NCBI GenBank assembly: GCA_951406725.2
Contig: OX597830.1
Coordinates: forward strand, 46,624,001-46,688,000
Source of the DNA: Octopus vulgaris
Taxonomy: Eukaryota
Reading direction: 5' to 3'
DNA length: 64,000 nucleotides
Part shown: positions 36,400 to 52,191 of the stretch, piece after piece
How the letters are laid out: every line of letters begins with the position of its first letter
How positions within the stretch are numbered: the stretch's first letter is position 1
Translations under genes and position numbers: made by a program
The notes under the pieces: generated by a model
The model's input: the letters and a program-made list of their open reading frames with translations, nothing else
Told to the model about the DNA's origin: nothing
The model's database searches: none

Positions 36400-36842
36400 G
36401 ACACACAGATAGAAAAATTAAGGCCAACAGACCAGATATAGTTGTCAGAGATCATGAAGAAAAAAATGCTTTCTAATTGATGTATCAATACCGGCAGATG
36501 ACAACGTGTCTCTAAAAGAAATGGAGAAACTCTCAAAATACAAAGACCTGGAAATAGAGGTAACCAGAATGTGGAATCTAAAAACAGAAACAATTCCTAT
36601 CATAGTAGGTGCATTAGGCATGATAAAAAATATTCAGACAAATACATAACAAAAACACCAGGACTTACAAACACATATAACATACAGAAAATTGCACTAC
36701 TAGGCACTGCACACATCCTACGCAGAACACTTTCCATACAATAACCATCAGAGCATCACAACAAATCACAGCACATACCTAAGGCACACAGAGCTGCGCT
36801 CGGTAGTGAAGTGAAAGCACGCTATAAAAATAAAACTACTGA
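36400..36842 (+). mobile_element. R4/Dong-like non-LTR retrotransposon 3' end (restriction-like endonuclease domain) in (TAA)n
   Basis: HTDRKIKANRPDIVVRD / CFLIDVSIPADDNVSLKEMEKLSKYKDLEIEVTRMWNLKTETIPIIVGALG / IQKIALLGTAHILRRTL with two frameshifts in A runs; (TAA)n on both sides. Confidence 0.88.
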
Positions 36843-37039
36843 ATAATAATAATAATAATAATATTTTGGTGTTTTTGCACAAAATAGTGATCACTCAATA
36901 TTTCATATGTATGTGAATAGAAAATAGCTTTAAACATGGTTAGTATATATCCATGCAGTATATGTTTGTTGTTACGTAAATATTTAAGAATATTTTCTAC
37001 ATATGTTTATCATTGTGTCGACCAGATTATCGGATGTTG

Positions 37040-37360
37040 TTATCCACCGCTGGTCACGATGCGCCTCCAGTTCTTTGTTTTACTAAATTTAGTTCCCATC
37101 GCCGTGGAGGCCTTGCGAGTGACCCTTTTCTGATCTCTTGGATACCACTCGGCAACTGCATGGGTCCACCTGTTGTCTGTGAATCTTACGACATGTCCGG
37201 CTCAGCAGAATTTGCGCATTCGGTATTCTGCCATCACACTGCTCCCTCTGCTTCGTTCTCGAATCACCTCATTTTCCCCATACTCTTGCAAGGATCTTCC
37301 TAGTATCGCTCTTTCCATGCTCCTTCGTGTCGCAGCCAAGCGATGCTCTTCCCGTTTCCA
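37040..37360 (-). mobile_element. RTE-like LINE 3' fragment
   Basis: AGHVVRFTDNRWTHAVAEWYPRDQKR. Confidence 0.75.
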
Positions 37361-37524
37361 TAATAAAGCAAAATGTTTACCTCGTTATTTGTTGGATACT
37401 TTCCATTTCATTTGTTCACTGCAGTTGCAAGCACATTGTTTACACGTATGTGTGTGTGTGTGTCTGGTCTTGTGTGTAGAAGAGTGTTTTTGTGTGTGTA
37501 CTATTTGATGTAGAAACGTTAACT

Positions 37525-38775
<1,251 letters not shown>

Positions 38776-38997
38776 TGAATAGATAGAGTACTGTTCCGTC
38801 ATTGATGGGATCAATAGAAAAAGTTCTCCATTTAGTGAGAGATGAATATCATTTGATATGCAGAGGATTTAAATGTGAGCTACAATAAGTTTCATGTTTC
38901 TGATAGTACAAGAGTCGGACGAGCTTGAATAGCGCACCAAGTATTATCGGGCAATCAGTCAGGCTTAAAATACTACATACAGACGTATTCGCATTTA

Positions 38998-39885
38998 CGA
39001 GGGTTGTGCCGAAAGTAATGCTGAAAATGAATGTCACTTCTTTTTTTATTAACGGACGTATGTCGTTCAAATTTCACATGTTCTTCCTGTTCTCCATTGT
39101 AGGCAAATAAAGGGTTCCAAGCGGAAGCAACGTGTCGTCATCATTGAATTATTGACGAAGGAAGGATACAGACTGTCTGATATTCACAAAAGGCTTCAAA
39201 AGCCAAGCAGTGGGAGACCACCAACAGTGACCGCTGCCACGAATCACCAGCGAATGGACGAAGCGATTTGCGCAGACATACGATTCACAATCCGTGAGTC
39301 TAGTGCATAACTGGACTCTCGTTACAATGGTGGAAGACTTTGGGTATCAGAAAGTGTGTACCTCAGCTGTTGACTCTCAATTTGAAGGAGATAAACAGGA
39401 GAAGTTTGTTCTCATCTACTCGAAGGCAATGAAAACAAGTGTTTTGTTATTTTTTTCCGATCTGGAGACAGGAATTGATTCGTGGTTGCATTTTTATGAT
39501 CGGGAAACGAAGACTCATTCTATGGAATAGTATCACATTGCTTCTCTGTGATCGTCATACAAAAGCTAAGATGATTGTTCTTTGGGATGGCATGAGCGTC
39601 ATTCTCCTTGATATTTTGGAACGTAGCTGTACCGTAAAGAACGAGCGGCACATTGCAACACTCAAGAAGACAAGGGAAACCATTAAAAGGGAGACAGAAC
39701 AAGAATCTGTAAACGACCCACATTCACCATGACAATGGGCTGGTCAGTGGTTCTACATTCCCCGAATAGATCGGATCTGGTACCCTTCAACTTTCACCTG
39801 TTTGATTCAGTACAGGGGACAAAGGTTTGACGAGAGAAACAAAGATGTGAAGAAGTGGATACAAAAATGCTGACATTTTTCAAGC
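38998..39885 (+). pseudogene. Decayed mariner transposase element
   Basis: TA|cgagggttgtgccgaaag terminus; remnants SGRPPTVT, MVEDFGYQKVC, SWLHFYDRETKTHSME, VILLDILERSCTV, HDN, SDLVPFNFHLF (resembles YSPDLAPxDFHLF). Confidence 0.85.
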
Positions 39886-40890
39886 GTAATTGTTTTTTAG
39901 TGCCATTCTCATCCAACAAATCTCGGATCATTTTAGCCGTGTGACAAGGAATCCCGTCTTCCATAAATAAAGAGTCTTTCACCACCGGAGAAGATTGAAA
40001 GGTGTCCCTTCTGCAATATGAACACATGAACACATATTTATCTGAGTTTAGGTTTCCTTCACACTCCACCAGCTCTGATCAACTATTGCTCCAAACTGCT
40101 CCCAAGGCCATCACAGAATAGTTGCCGTGTTTCATTGTTGGCTGTAATCTTTTCACATCAAATTCTTGATCACAGAGTCTCCAGACCCACGCTCAGCCAC
40201 TGCCAGGAAATACAGCAAATGTGGACTCATCAGAGAATACAACAGTGTCCCAAAATGCTAGTAGCCTCTCCACAATCTTTTCTCCGCTTAATATTGGCTC
40301 TGTCGAAGAAGTGGCTTGCTTGTTGCTGCTCTGCCATAGTAGCCAAGTTTGTGGAGAAACCTGACAGCTGTTCTGGGACTGATATCAATTTGTTCTGCTA
40401 TGTCAGAGGCCTTGCAACGAGGATTATCCTCCACACTTCTCTTAGCAAAGAGAAGGATCTTGTCAGACGTTCGTGGTTGATCTGGGCGAGGAGATGGGCA
40501 CATTAAAAAGTTCAGAGGAATATTATTATTGTATCTGTATATATATACAATACCAATATTCCTCTGAACTTTTTAATAATTCTTTCTGGAAACTGTCTTT
40601 AACATTTTCTTAAGAATGTATATATATATTGTAATCTTTTGTGCCCAATATTTTAATGAACTTGTTAAACTTCTTTATATTTTCCCAAGATTTTCCCTTG
40701 TAAACTGTTCTTAACATCTTATTATTATCAAAGAATGTATACATGTATTGTAATATTTTGTGACAACCAGTACCTAACACAACCAAGCTTTTACATGTTA
40801 CTTTTGGCAATCTTTTTCTAAAAAAGTGAAACCGGTCAAGTAAATAAACAGCTTTTAAAACTGCATTTTCAAACCTTCTTTCATATATAA
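39886..40890 (-). pseudogene. Decayed Tc1-like transposase element
   Basis: KRSVEDNPRCKASDIAEQIDISPRTAVRFLHKLGYYGRAATSKPLL; WDTVVFSDESTF; FMEDGIPCHTAK (resembles FQQDGAPCHTAK). Confidence 0.85.
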
Positions 40891-40927
40891 TTCTACTCGT
40901 GCGGTACCTTACAACTCCACTTTGTTT

Positions 40928-41093
<166 letters not shown>

Positions 41094-42085
41094 ACATACG
41101 TATGAAAGAGGGAGATAGCGAATAAGAGAGAGGCTGATACACTGAAACACTGTCCCATATCTTGAACGTAATAGATGTATATATGAATCTGTAAATACAA
41201 ACTCAAGTTCATGATTTCTCTGTGCAGGTTTGGCATATCTGTTTGTCCGCCCGTCTGTCTGTCTGTCCGTCGGTCCGTCCGTCTGTCTATCTGTCTGTCT
41301 GTCTTTCTGTCCTACTAAACAAGAATTGGAATATGTAATAAGATTATATTTGTTTTTTTTTTTACTCTGCAGAGAGGATAATCCGATTGAACAAAATATT
41401 CGACCGCAGTTGAATAAAGCGAAAGATATATGAAAGAAAGAAAGGAAGAGAATATATCATCGAAATAAGCAAAACACAGAAAGAATGAAACAAAATATGG
41501 AATATTGGGGGTGGGGTGGGTGGGTGGAGAGCGAGAGAGAAGGAGAGGGAGGCGGGAAGGTGTTCGAGAGGGGAAGAGATAAGAAGGAGAAAGAATGAGC
41601 TTAAGAAAAAGAAAACGAAGAAGGAAATGAATGAAGATAGATGAACATGAGAAAAGAAAGAAAAAGGGGAAGAATGAAGTTGAAGGAAGATTGGGGGAAG
41701 AAAAAGACAAAAGGTTAGGGTGAGGGTAATGTTGGTGTCGGTGTTGATGATGACGATGATGACGATGATGATGATGGTGATAATGATAATGATGATGATG
41801 GCGATGATGGTGGTGGTGCTGCTGCTGATGAGGATAAAAAAGCAAGAAACCAATAGAATGAAGGTAGAAGGAGTTGAAAAGAAGGAAGAAGTGTTGAAAG
41901 AAAAAGAAAGGCTTAAAGGAAAAGGGTTTAGTGAAACAAAAAAGGGGTTTAGGGAAAAGAAAGGGATTGAGGGAAAAGTGGTTTGTAAGAAAAATTGGGG
42001 TTTAGAGAAAGAAAGAAAGGTATTTAAAGAAAGAAAAAGAAGGGTTTTGGAAAAAGAAAGTGACCTTTGAGAAAAGTAGAAATGA

Positions 42086-42135
<50 letters not shown>

Positions 42136-45100
42136 CTAGAGGATTTAGAAAAAGGTAAATGAAAGGGTTGTAGAAAGGAAATAATTTTAGAGAAAGAAAG
42201 ATGTTTAGGAAGAGAAAGGAGAGGGACCGAAAGAAAGGAAAAAAATGAAGCATTTAGAGAAGGAGAATGGGGGAGAGATTTGGAGAAAGATGACAGAGGA
42301 GTTTAGAGGAAGAAAATAAAAGAGATTTAGAAAAGGAAATTGAGAAAAGAGAGAAGATAAAGAGATTTATACGAAGAAAAAAAATGAGGATTTATAGAGG
42401 ATAAATAAATTCTGAACAGAAATAATTTCTTAATAAAATAAAAATTTCTTAATAAAAAACAAACAAAAAAAATATTCTTGTAAAAAAAATCTTAATAGAA
42501 TAAAGAAATAATGAGTGGAAGATAAAAGACGAGAAGAAATAAAGCGAGAGTAAATGAAAAAATGGAGGGTTGTTAATAATATTATTTTGATAAGAAGAAA
42601 GAAAGAGAAATCGTAAAGGAAAAAGAATAGAAAAAAATAAGGGAATGACTGAAGTTTCATTGTTTGATCAGCTTCTGCCAGAATTGACTTAACCTTTTTC
42701 GGTTGCAGGGTCAATAAGATAAGTACCAGATGTGTAACGAGTCGGTTTCAATCGTTTCAATCGTTGCCACTAAAATATCTGGTTTTTCAAACGAAGTTTT
42801 GAAAGCATTGTTACAATTGTTTCGCAAAAGGATTAACGTAGTCTTTCATCCTTTTGGCGTATCCATGCAGTTCAAATACATATGGCCCCCACCACTGAAA
42901 TATCTGACCTGGTGGCTATGTTGGAAATCAATATTATTATTGTTGCAGAAGTAATTGACTTGAAGGATCGTTTGTGGTATTTAGTTTACGGCTCTTTAAG
43001 ATCTGAGTTCAAACCACACCAAGGGCAACTTTGCTTTTTCCGAGGCCGATCAAATTAAGTACTCGCCCTTTACTGAATAAGTCTGAACTAGTATAATTAC
43101 ATACCCTTTATAAATCTCCCATAAAACGGAAAGCTTTGTGTTTGTATTTGTTGTTGCAGAGATTTATAACGTTCTGTGTTCAAATCATGTGGACGCCAGC
43201 TTCCATCTGTTCGAGGGGTCGAATGATAAAATATCAATCGAGGGAAGAGAATCGGTGGGATTGTTCGAGCCTCTTCGAACGGGTTTCATTTTAAGATCTT
43301 TTCCATTTCTGTCTTTAAATCTATGCATCTTTTCCATTAGTTTTGAGGCCAAGAATGCCGAGCGGCATCTCCCCCGTTTTCACCTTCTGAGGTATATTCG
43401 TCCGTCTTATATTCGTTTATATCCGTTTATATTCGTCCGTCTTTACCGAGCGGCATCTCCCCCTTCTGAGGTTACAGATTTTATATTTGACTTACTTTCA
43501 AATTTTGATGATCTTTTCTCTTTTAAGTGTCTGCTCAACGAAACAATACACTATCGCATAAAACAAGAAAAAAACACAACACGAAAACGAAGCAGCAAAT
43601 GAAACCTTACAACCCAAAGACCCTCTAAATGAACATTGTACGGAGAAAGTCATATCCAACAGTTTACAAATGCTTTTCCCCGATAGTAATAACATCGGCT
43701 CTTTACCTGTTGAATTTAAATCACGCTGAGGTATATATTGCCTTTTATGCCCCCAGGGTTGATAAAATAAGATACCAGTCAAGTACTGGGGTCAGTTGAA
43801 TCAGCTAAACCACCTTCCTCTAAATTGTTGGTCTTGGGCCTAAATTAGAAACAGTCATTTTCAGTTTTTGCTGTATTTGGTTGTGTTGGTAATTTGAAAA
43901 AGATAGAAAGAAGGAAAAATGGAACGAAGGACACAATTTTTTGTTATCAAGAATGAAAAGGATGGGAAATCTGAAGTTCCTTCCCATATTCAACATAAAA
44001 TCAATTGGAAGTTTGCTCTTAATTACATCCTAACATTCTGATAAACTTGATTAAGCAAACGAGATATTTTCAGAGCAGCGTACAATACAAAATCTATCTT
44101 TTATTATTGTTAATACTGGTCCTGCGAAGTAGAACATATTGTCAGTTTAGAATCTTCTAGACTGGAGGGTGGTGGGTGAATTTATTACGATTATTTTTTG
44201 AATTTATTGCCGTTATTGTCAGCGCTTTCGAGCCAGATGCCTGCTCTCGGTAATTAGAGTGTGATGCGGTTTCAAGTCCTGCTATGCTGCTTAAGTCTCA
44301 CTCACCTCTATGCCTTCTTTGAATTTCAGGATCGTTGTGCTAAACATTTCGTTTCCTTTACAATACAAGTCATAAGAACTTGGAAAAAGTAAATAAAGAG
44401 GAAGAGAAGAAATGATGTTAGTTGTAAATTTGTACTTTATCGGATACGAAAGTATGCAAGACGAATTTGCCTTGGGCACAGCATTAAAATTGAAGAGTGT
44501 AGAAAACCGGAATGAATACTGGAAGGCATTCCAGAATCTAACGCTCCAAGGATTCTGTCAATTCGTTCACTTGAATATAATTGAATTAGATAGGAGAAAA
44601 ATTTCCAATAATTTCTTCATTTCATAAGCACAAAGTTCTTTATGACAGTGGGAGGTGATGCAATCGAATTAATTCAACTCCAGTGTTTCACGCCTTTTAA
44701 GCAATTCTCAAAGGTTGAGAAGCAAAGTCGACGACCGACAGGATTGTGGCCGTTGAACGATAAGCTATAAAGAATTCAAACATTACCAGCCAACCAGTGA
44801 TGCTAACTAAAAGGTCCAGGTATATATGTCAAGAATACCAGAGTCATGGGAATGTAGTAAGCATAAATTTACTATTGTTTTAATTGCTTATCTACAAGCT
44901 AGGGGACAGGAATAATTAATACAACACCTAGAAAGATAGATTTAGAGAACTTATCGCAATACAGTCGATGCAAGCAAGGCTGCTTGCATGGTTTCGAAAT
45001 CGATCCCACTTCATCGCATTTTGAGCCAAAGTCTTCTTTCATAGACTTCTCGAATCAATTCGGGACTCATGAGAGAATTTGGTAGGACTGAAACTAAGTG

Positions 45101-46169
45101 AAAGGACGCAAGAAGGAGTGTAAGAAGATCATTGGTGATAGATTAAAAACATCACCCTGTTTAACACCATCGTTCTGACTCATGGGTATTTTTAGCATTG
45201 TCCACTCTGTTGCAAACATTCTGATCAGATTTCCGACCTAAGGCTAACTTGATGTTTTACTGCAACATCCCTGGGTAGTGGTTTCATCCATTTTTTCCCC
45301 TTAGTAGTCAGGGAGATCGAGAAAAGAGTCAAAGGTGCTGGTCTTCCTTCTCTGAATAAACTTGAAAAAAAAATCTAGCATGGCAGAAGCAATCTCAATT
45401 ATTTGTGTTTAAACAACACAAATACAATTGAAAACCGATCTTGCATTTTTTCTTGTTATTTGCGACTGGTGTCTTGGTGGATCTTGGTGAATTTATACAA
45501 TTTTCATATCATTTATTTAAAAGGGAAAGTCATGAACCACACAAATTCCTATTTGAAATGACAAACACGACTTAAAGCTCTGAAGATGAGTCCCTGGAAC
45601 TTGAAAAGTGCGAAATACAAAAGTGACATTGACGTTTAAATATTTTGAGCTACAAGAAGGAACTAAATTATTACAGGAACTAAACGAAACATCCTTCACA
45701 GGCCACCCATTCTACTAGAAATAGCAACCAAATTTCTCAAAGAAGAAGGAAACAGTGGCCAACGTATAAAAAATGAGGGGATGGTCGCTGCTGGATCATT
45801 TTCATCATAGATCTGCTCAATAAGGAATGACCTGAGGCGAAAGAACAGCAACAAATAAATTACACGAGAATAGAAAATTTGCTTGGAGAGTGATCGAAAG
45901 TTCCAGATTGATAGGCGGATGGAAATAAGGGATTGTTGCATCCATATGTTCGTATCGTAAGGGTTTAAACAAGACAAATACAAATCAAGTTAAATAAGCT
46001 ACATAGGAGTCAGGTACCGTGGCGCGATCTCACTCTTGTCAAGATCTGAGTTTGTAAAACTGGAAAATAACGGCGCATTTATCGCGCCATCTTCCGACAC
46101 ATCCGCTACCATTAACGTGGTTGTTATAACATTCATCAACGATTTACCACCAACGCCCCCTGCCCCGCG

Positions 46170-46210
46170 ACCACCACCACCACCACTATGCTCCTCATCC
46201 TTCTCTTCTA

Positions 46211-46260
<50 letters not shown>

Positions 46261-46620
46261 CCATCACCATCACCATCACCATCATCATCATCTCTACAGC
46301 CACCCATTATCACATTACATCATAATCTTTACTATGTCCCTCACTATCACTTTAACTGCAAAAAAAATTATCACCCCAGCCTACCATTATCCCCGCCGCC
46401 GCCATCGTCATTATCCTCGCCACCGCTGCCGCCACCACCACCATCAGCACCACCACCACCACCATCAGCGCCACCACCAATACCACAACCACCAGCACCA
46501 GCACCACCACCACCACCAATACCACCACCAATACCACTACCACTACAACCACCACCACCACCACCACCACTACAACCCCCAAACACCACAATTAACCCTC
46601 CTCCCACCTCTCCTCTCCGC
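46170..46620. repeat. (CAT)n / (CAC)n low-complexity block, possibly within an exon
   Basis: Trinucleotide arrays seen directly; coding status unresolved. Confidence 0.85.
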
Positions 46621-46801
46621 GCCAACCCCTCTTTCATCGCGTATCATTAGATAACTGCTCTTGTGTTCTTCGGCTGCTCGATATTCCACTTCACATTCAC
46701 CAGATCACAAGATTGCCTTCCACATTCCGCAGAAACCCCTATTTACCATAATTATCAGAATTGGACGTTGCAAGCTTCATGTACACACACATATATATTC
46801 A

Positions 46802-46865
<64 letters not shown>

Positions 46866-47116
46866 CACACACACTCACACACACACACACACACACTCAC
46901 ACACACTCACACAAACACACTCACACACACAAATACACACACACACATAGAGGCATTATATATATACACACACATACAGATTTATACATATATATATATA
47001 TATGTACATATGCATATGTATATGTGTATCTTGTTCTCTCCTGGCCACCTATACGTATGTGTATATAGGAATGTATGCACAGATGCGTGTGTGTACCTAC
47101 ATACATACATCTATAA

Positions 47117-47150
<34 letters not shown>

Positions 47151-47757
47151 TGTGCATGTACTTTTCTATTTCAAAAATCTCCAACGGAACTCTTTTGTAT
47201 TCTGGCAACAATAATATTCTCCTCGTTTTTGCTGTAGCTTTTTTTTTGGATATTATTTGTTATTCTCACTGGAACATATCTAAAATATAAAACTAAAACA
47301 CAAAAAGATATTTGCAAGATATTACAACTGCTTGCTTTGCCGCCATTTTAGAACAGTTTTGTGGAACCTTTAAAACATTAACCAAACCATCGCCATGATT
47401 TTCGTTTGCTGTTTTATGTTTTTCTTCTTTATTTCTCTTCTTTCATTTTGCTGGTTTGTTTGTTTATTTCTTTTAATTTTCTTTCACTTTCATCTCCTTC
47501 TTTGTTTCCTTTTCCTCTCTCTCATTTGGTCTCTCTTTCATTATTGACTCTCATTCAGCCAGTCGTCTCATTCCTTCCTCCGTTCAGGTAAAATTTTTTT
47601 TCAATCAGTTCAACTCATTCATCCATGAAGTTTCATTCATTCATATATTTATTCTTCCTTACATTTTGTGATTTACTCATTTAACTCATTCATTCATTCA
47701 TTCATTCATTCAACTAACAATTCTAGTAACTCTAGTAATTCCTTCACCATTACTTTC

Positions 47758-48350
<593 letters not shown>

Positions 48351-48875
48351 TATATCTCCAATAGATTCATAATGGCAGCCGTTTGAAAATATCAAAAGTA
48401 AACAGCAATAGTATTCCTGGTATTTTGGCTGTCTTCTTTTGTTTTTGTTTTTTTGTTTTTAATTTTCTTTCTGTTGGTATTTGTTTGATGAGCCGCTTTA
48501 AAACGTCCGGATTAAAAGAGATAAAATTACATTTATAATGCTCGCTATATTACAGACACACACCACGACGACGACGACGACGACGGCACACATCCCTCGC
48601 CGAAGCATTGAGCAACAAAAAAGGAAAGAGAGGATACGTTACGAAAGTAGAGAAGAAGGAAAAGATGTAAGGTTATGAAGGCAAAGACTGTGGGGGTGGG
48701 GAGGCGGGAGAAGGAGGGAGAAAACTAAAGATTCTCAGAGAAATAAAGAAAATATAATTCCAAACACAACAGCAACAACAACAACAGCAGCAGCAACAGA
48801 ACAAGAAAATGAGAATATTGCATTCTATTATATTAGAGCTATTAAAAATAATAGTTGGAAAATGATTAAAAAACG

Positions 48876-48935
<60 letters not shown>

Positions 48936-49148
48936 ATGTGTGTGTGTGTGTGTAAGGACACACAGATAGACTCATAGATATAAACATACATATATATTTA
49001 TATATATGCATAGTTATACACACACATGCACACACATATATATGTACAGTTATACAGATAAATATGTGCGTCTAAAATTATATATATGTATATACAGATG
49101 TATATATATATACATATATGTATATATATATGTATGCATATATATACA

Positions 49149-49258
<110 letters not shown>

Positions 49259-49386
49259 AATATGTATACATATGTGTGTGTCTGTAAGTATACAGATATG
49301 CATGAGTATAAAAGAATAATTTCTGTACTTAAGTGTATAGTTATATTCAAACGCAAACTGACACTCACACATACACACACACATAT

Positions 49387-49471
<85 letters not shown>

Positions 49472-50038
49472 AACATTTGAGAACCAAAAACGTAGAGTGG
49501 GACTTCATGAAACAAAGAAATATCGAACAAAAAACAACAACAACAACAACAACAACCAAAGACCAAATCCAAACTGAATTACAAAACATTCGGATAATAA
49601 ATAGGAACCGCAAAATCCTGCCAAAAGCGACGAAAGAATAGATTCTAACAACGAAATGAAAGCAATGGCGAACAGAGTATGGCTCTTTAGATAACGCTTT
49701 AGTTTCCCAATCTCTGTCAGAGTTTTCTCTCTTATGTTTTATCTTCTTATCTTCTTTCACATTAGTGGATACTAACGATAAACGATTCCTGCTATTATTT
49801 GCTATGGAACCGATACAATACCATTTGCTGTGTGTGTGCGCTAGAATATCAAAATGGCCAAACGTCAAAGTTATTGAACAACCAACTTAACGGCACAGAA
49901 CTTCATAATCTACCAGACGGACATTTTATGTTTATTTACGTTCTGTCTTCTACTTGTTACGGCTATTGGACTGCGGCCACGCAGGAGCACCACCTTGAAG
50001 GGTTTTGTCGAACAATTCAAACACAAAGTTACTTACAC

Positions 50039-50328
<290 letters not shown>

Positions 50329-50329
<1 letters not shown>

Positions 50330-51582
50330 CGATGGTGAGGCGATCCGTTTGCGGCCAACACCCGTTAAAAGAAGGGCTGGGCATGCCGTGGTTGACGATG
50401 CGCAGACATGCGCTGAGACTGCGACATCTCCAGCTCTACGCAGACGATGGTGAGCAGGTGTGGTCGCCGTTTGTGAGGCGCGCTTTCCCGCACCTCGTGT
50501 CCATGAACGAGCTGCAGTCGTGGATCAAAAAGAGGCTGAGGAAGGGCGTATGTCACCGAGAGTGTCGCGTTGCTCTCAAGCAACTATGCCGTACCGGGTC
50601 GACCTTGAGCGACTGCAACACAACCAAAGCATTCTATAGAGGATTAGTGGAGAGGAGGTACGACGACGATCTCGGGGCGAACCTGGCCGTCTACGAGGAA
50701 TACCTGATCTGCCTGTTCAAGACGACTTTCGGGCCGGGACCTATGGACAACTTCCAGATATCCCTGGCCTGGCAGTACTACCGGGAAGCGCTACCCGTTC
50801 AGGATAAGCTCTACAGGCATGGCTCGAGAAACACAGAGCCGACTTGCCCGAGATGCTGTCAGAGCGACGAAACCGTTCTGCACGCACTCGTACAGTGTCC
50901 AACCATTTTCGACCTGTGGGCCAATGTTGAACGACTGCTATCGCGTGTGGGACGAGTCAGTTTATCAGCCGAGTCTATCGTGAATATTGTCGCGCCTCCT
51001 TCTTTGAAACGGGAAGGAAGAGCCATTTTCGTCGTACTTGTGGCTATGGCAAAAGAATGTGTATGGTGGACGCGTCTGAAAAGATTAGAAACAAACACTT
51101 TCCTCTCTGGTGAATCTCTCATCAACTTCTTCAAGTATCACTTGAGGAGGAAGGTGAGAGTAGAGAGGGAAGTTTTGTTCAGTGAATGTTTCTAAAAAAG
51201 ATGGGTGAATGTAGCAAGGATGGCACGTGTGAATGACGGAGCCACTTTGAACATAATCCTATGAACCAGAAAAACAAAGGAAAAAAAGAGAGTCACTTAC
51301 TGTAGTGTGTTTTTTGCATAACATTATTGCCCGAGGTTACCGTGGCCTTTTCCGTAGGCTTTTATTTCCACGGATAAACCTAATCTGTTTCCCCTCTTAC
51401 ATTATGACATTTCTGATACACGAGCCCTATTGATCGGCTTCCTTTTTTTTTCTTTTCTTTCCACGATCCCTTTTGATCGAAATTCTACCCGTCTCTTTTT
51501 TCTCTTTCCTTCCCAAAAAGAAAAGCTCTACTTTGTACTTTGTCCCCTCCGTGTTCAGCCCTGTGTGGCCAATAAAGAAATA
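50329..51582 (+). mobile_element. 5'-truncated L1/Tx1-like LINE (ORF2 C-terminus and 3' UTR) inserted in (TCTA)n
   Basis: About 290 open codons incl. LAWQYYREALPV..CPRCCQSDETVLHALVQC (zf-RVT-type CCHC), VWWTR; ends aataaagaaata; (TCTA)n on both sides. Confidence 0.88.
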
Positions 51583-51587
51583 TGTCC

Positions 51588-51724
<137 letters not shown>

Positions 51725-51759
51725 CCTACCTACCTATCTATCTATCTATCTATCTATAC

Positions 51760-51817
<58 letters not shown>

Positions 51818-52004
51818 GTCTGCCTGACTGCATGTCTGTCTGTCTGTCTGTCTGCCTGACTGCATGTCTGTCTGTCTGTCTGTCTGCCTGACTGCATGTC
51901 TGTCTGTCTATCTGTCTGGTCCGGCTGTCTGTCCGTTCGTCTCCTTTCCTCCCTCCTTCCCTCCCTTCTTTACATATATATAGGGAGAGTTTACGAAAAA
52001 AACA

Positions 52005-52191
52005 AAAAAACAAACGATGAAGACAGGTGGTGTACAAAACAAACAGATGTATTAGTATAACGCTCAGGAATAGAAAAAGTATTTTACGTTTCGAGCCTAC
52101 GCTCTTCGACAAAAAGGGACACAGAAAAAAACAAGGAGAGAAACAAGGAGAGAAAAAAATGTGTGTAGTGGCTAACGATCTATCATGGCGA
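52005..52191 (-). mobile_element. Short PLE-type repeat, same family as 34300-34471
   Basis: aacaaacagatgtattagt...ttttacgtttcgagcctacgctcttc...catggcga shared. Confidence 0.7.
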
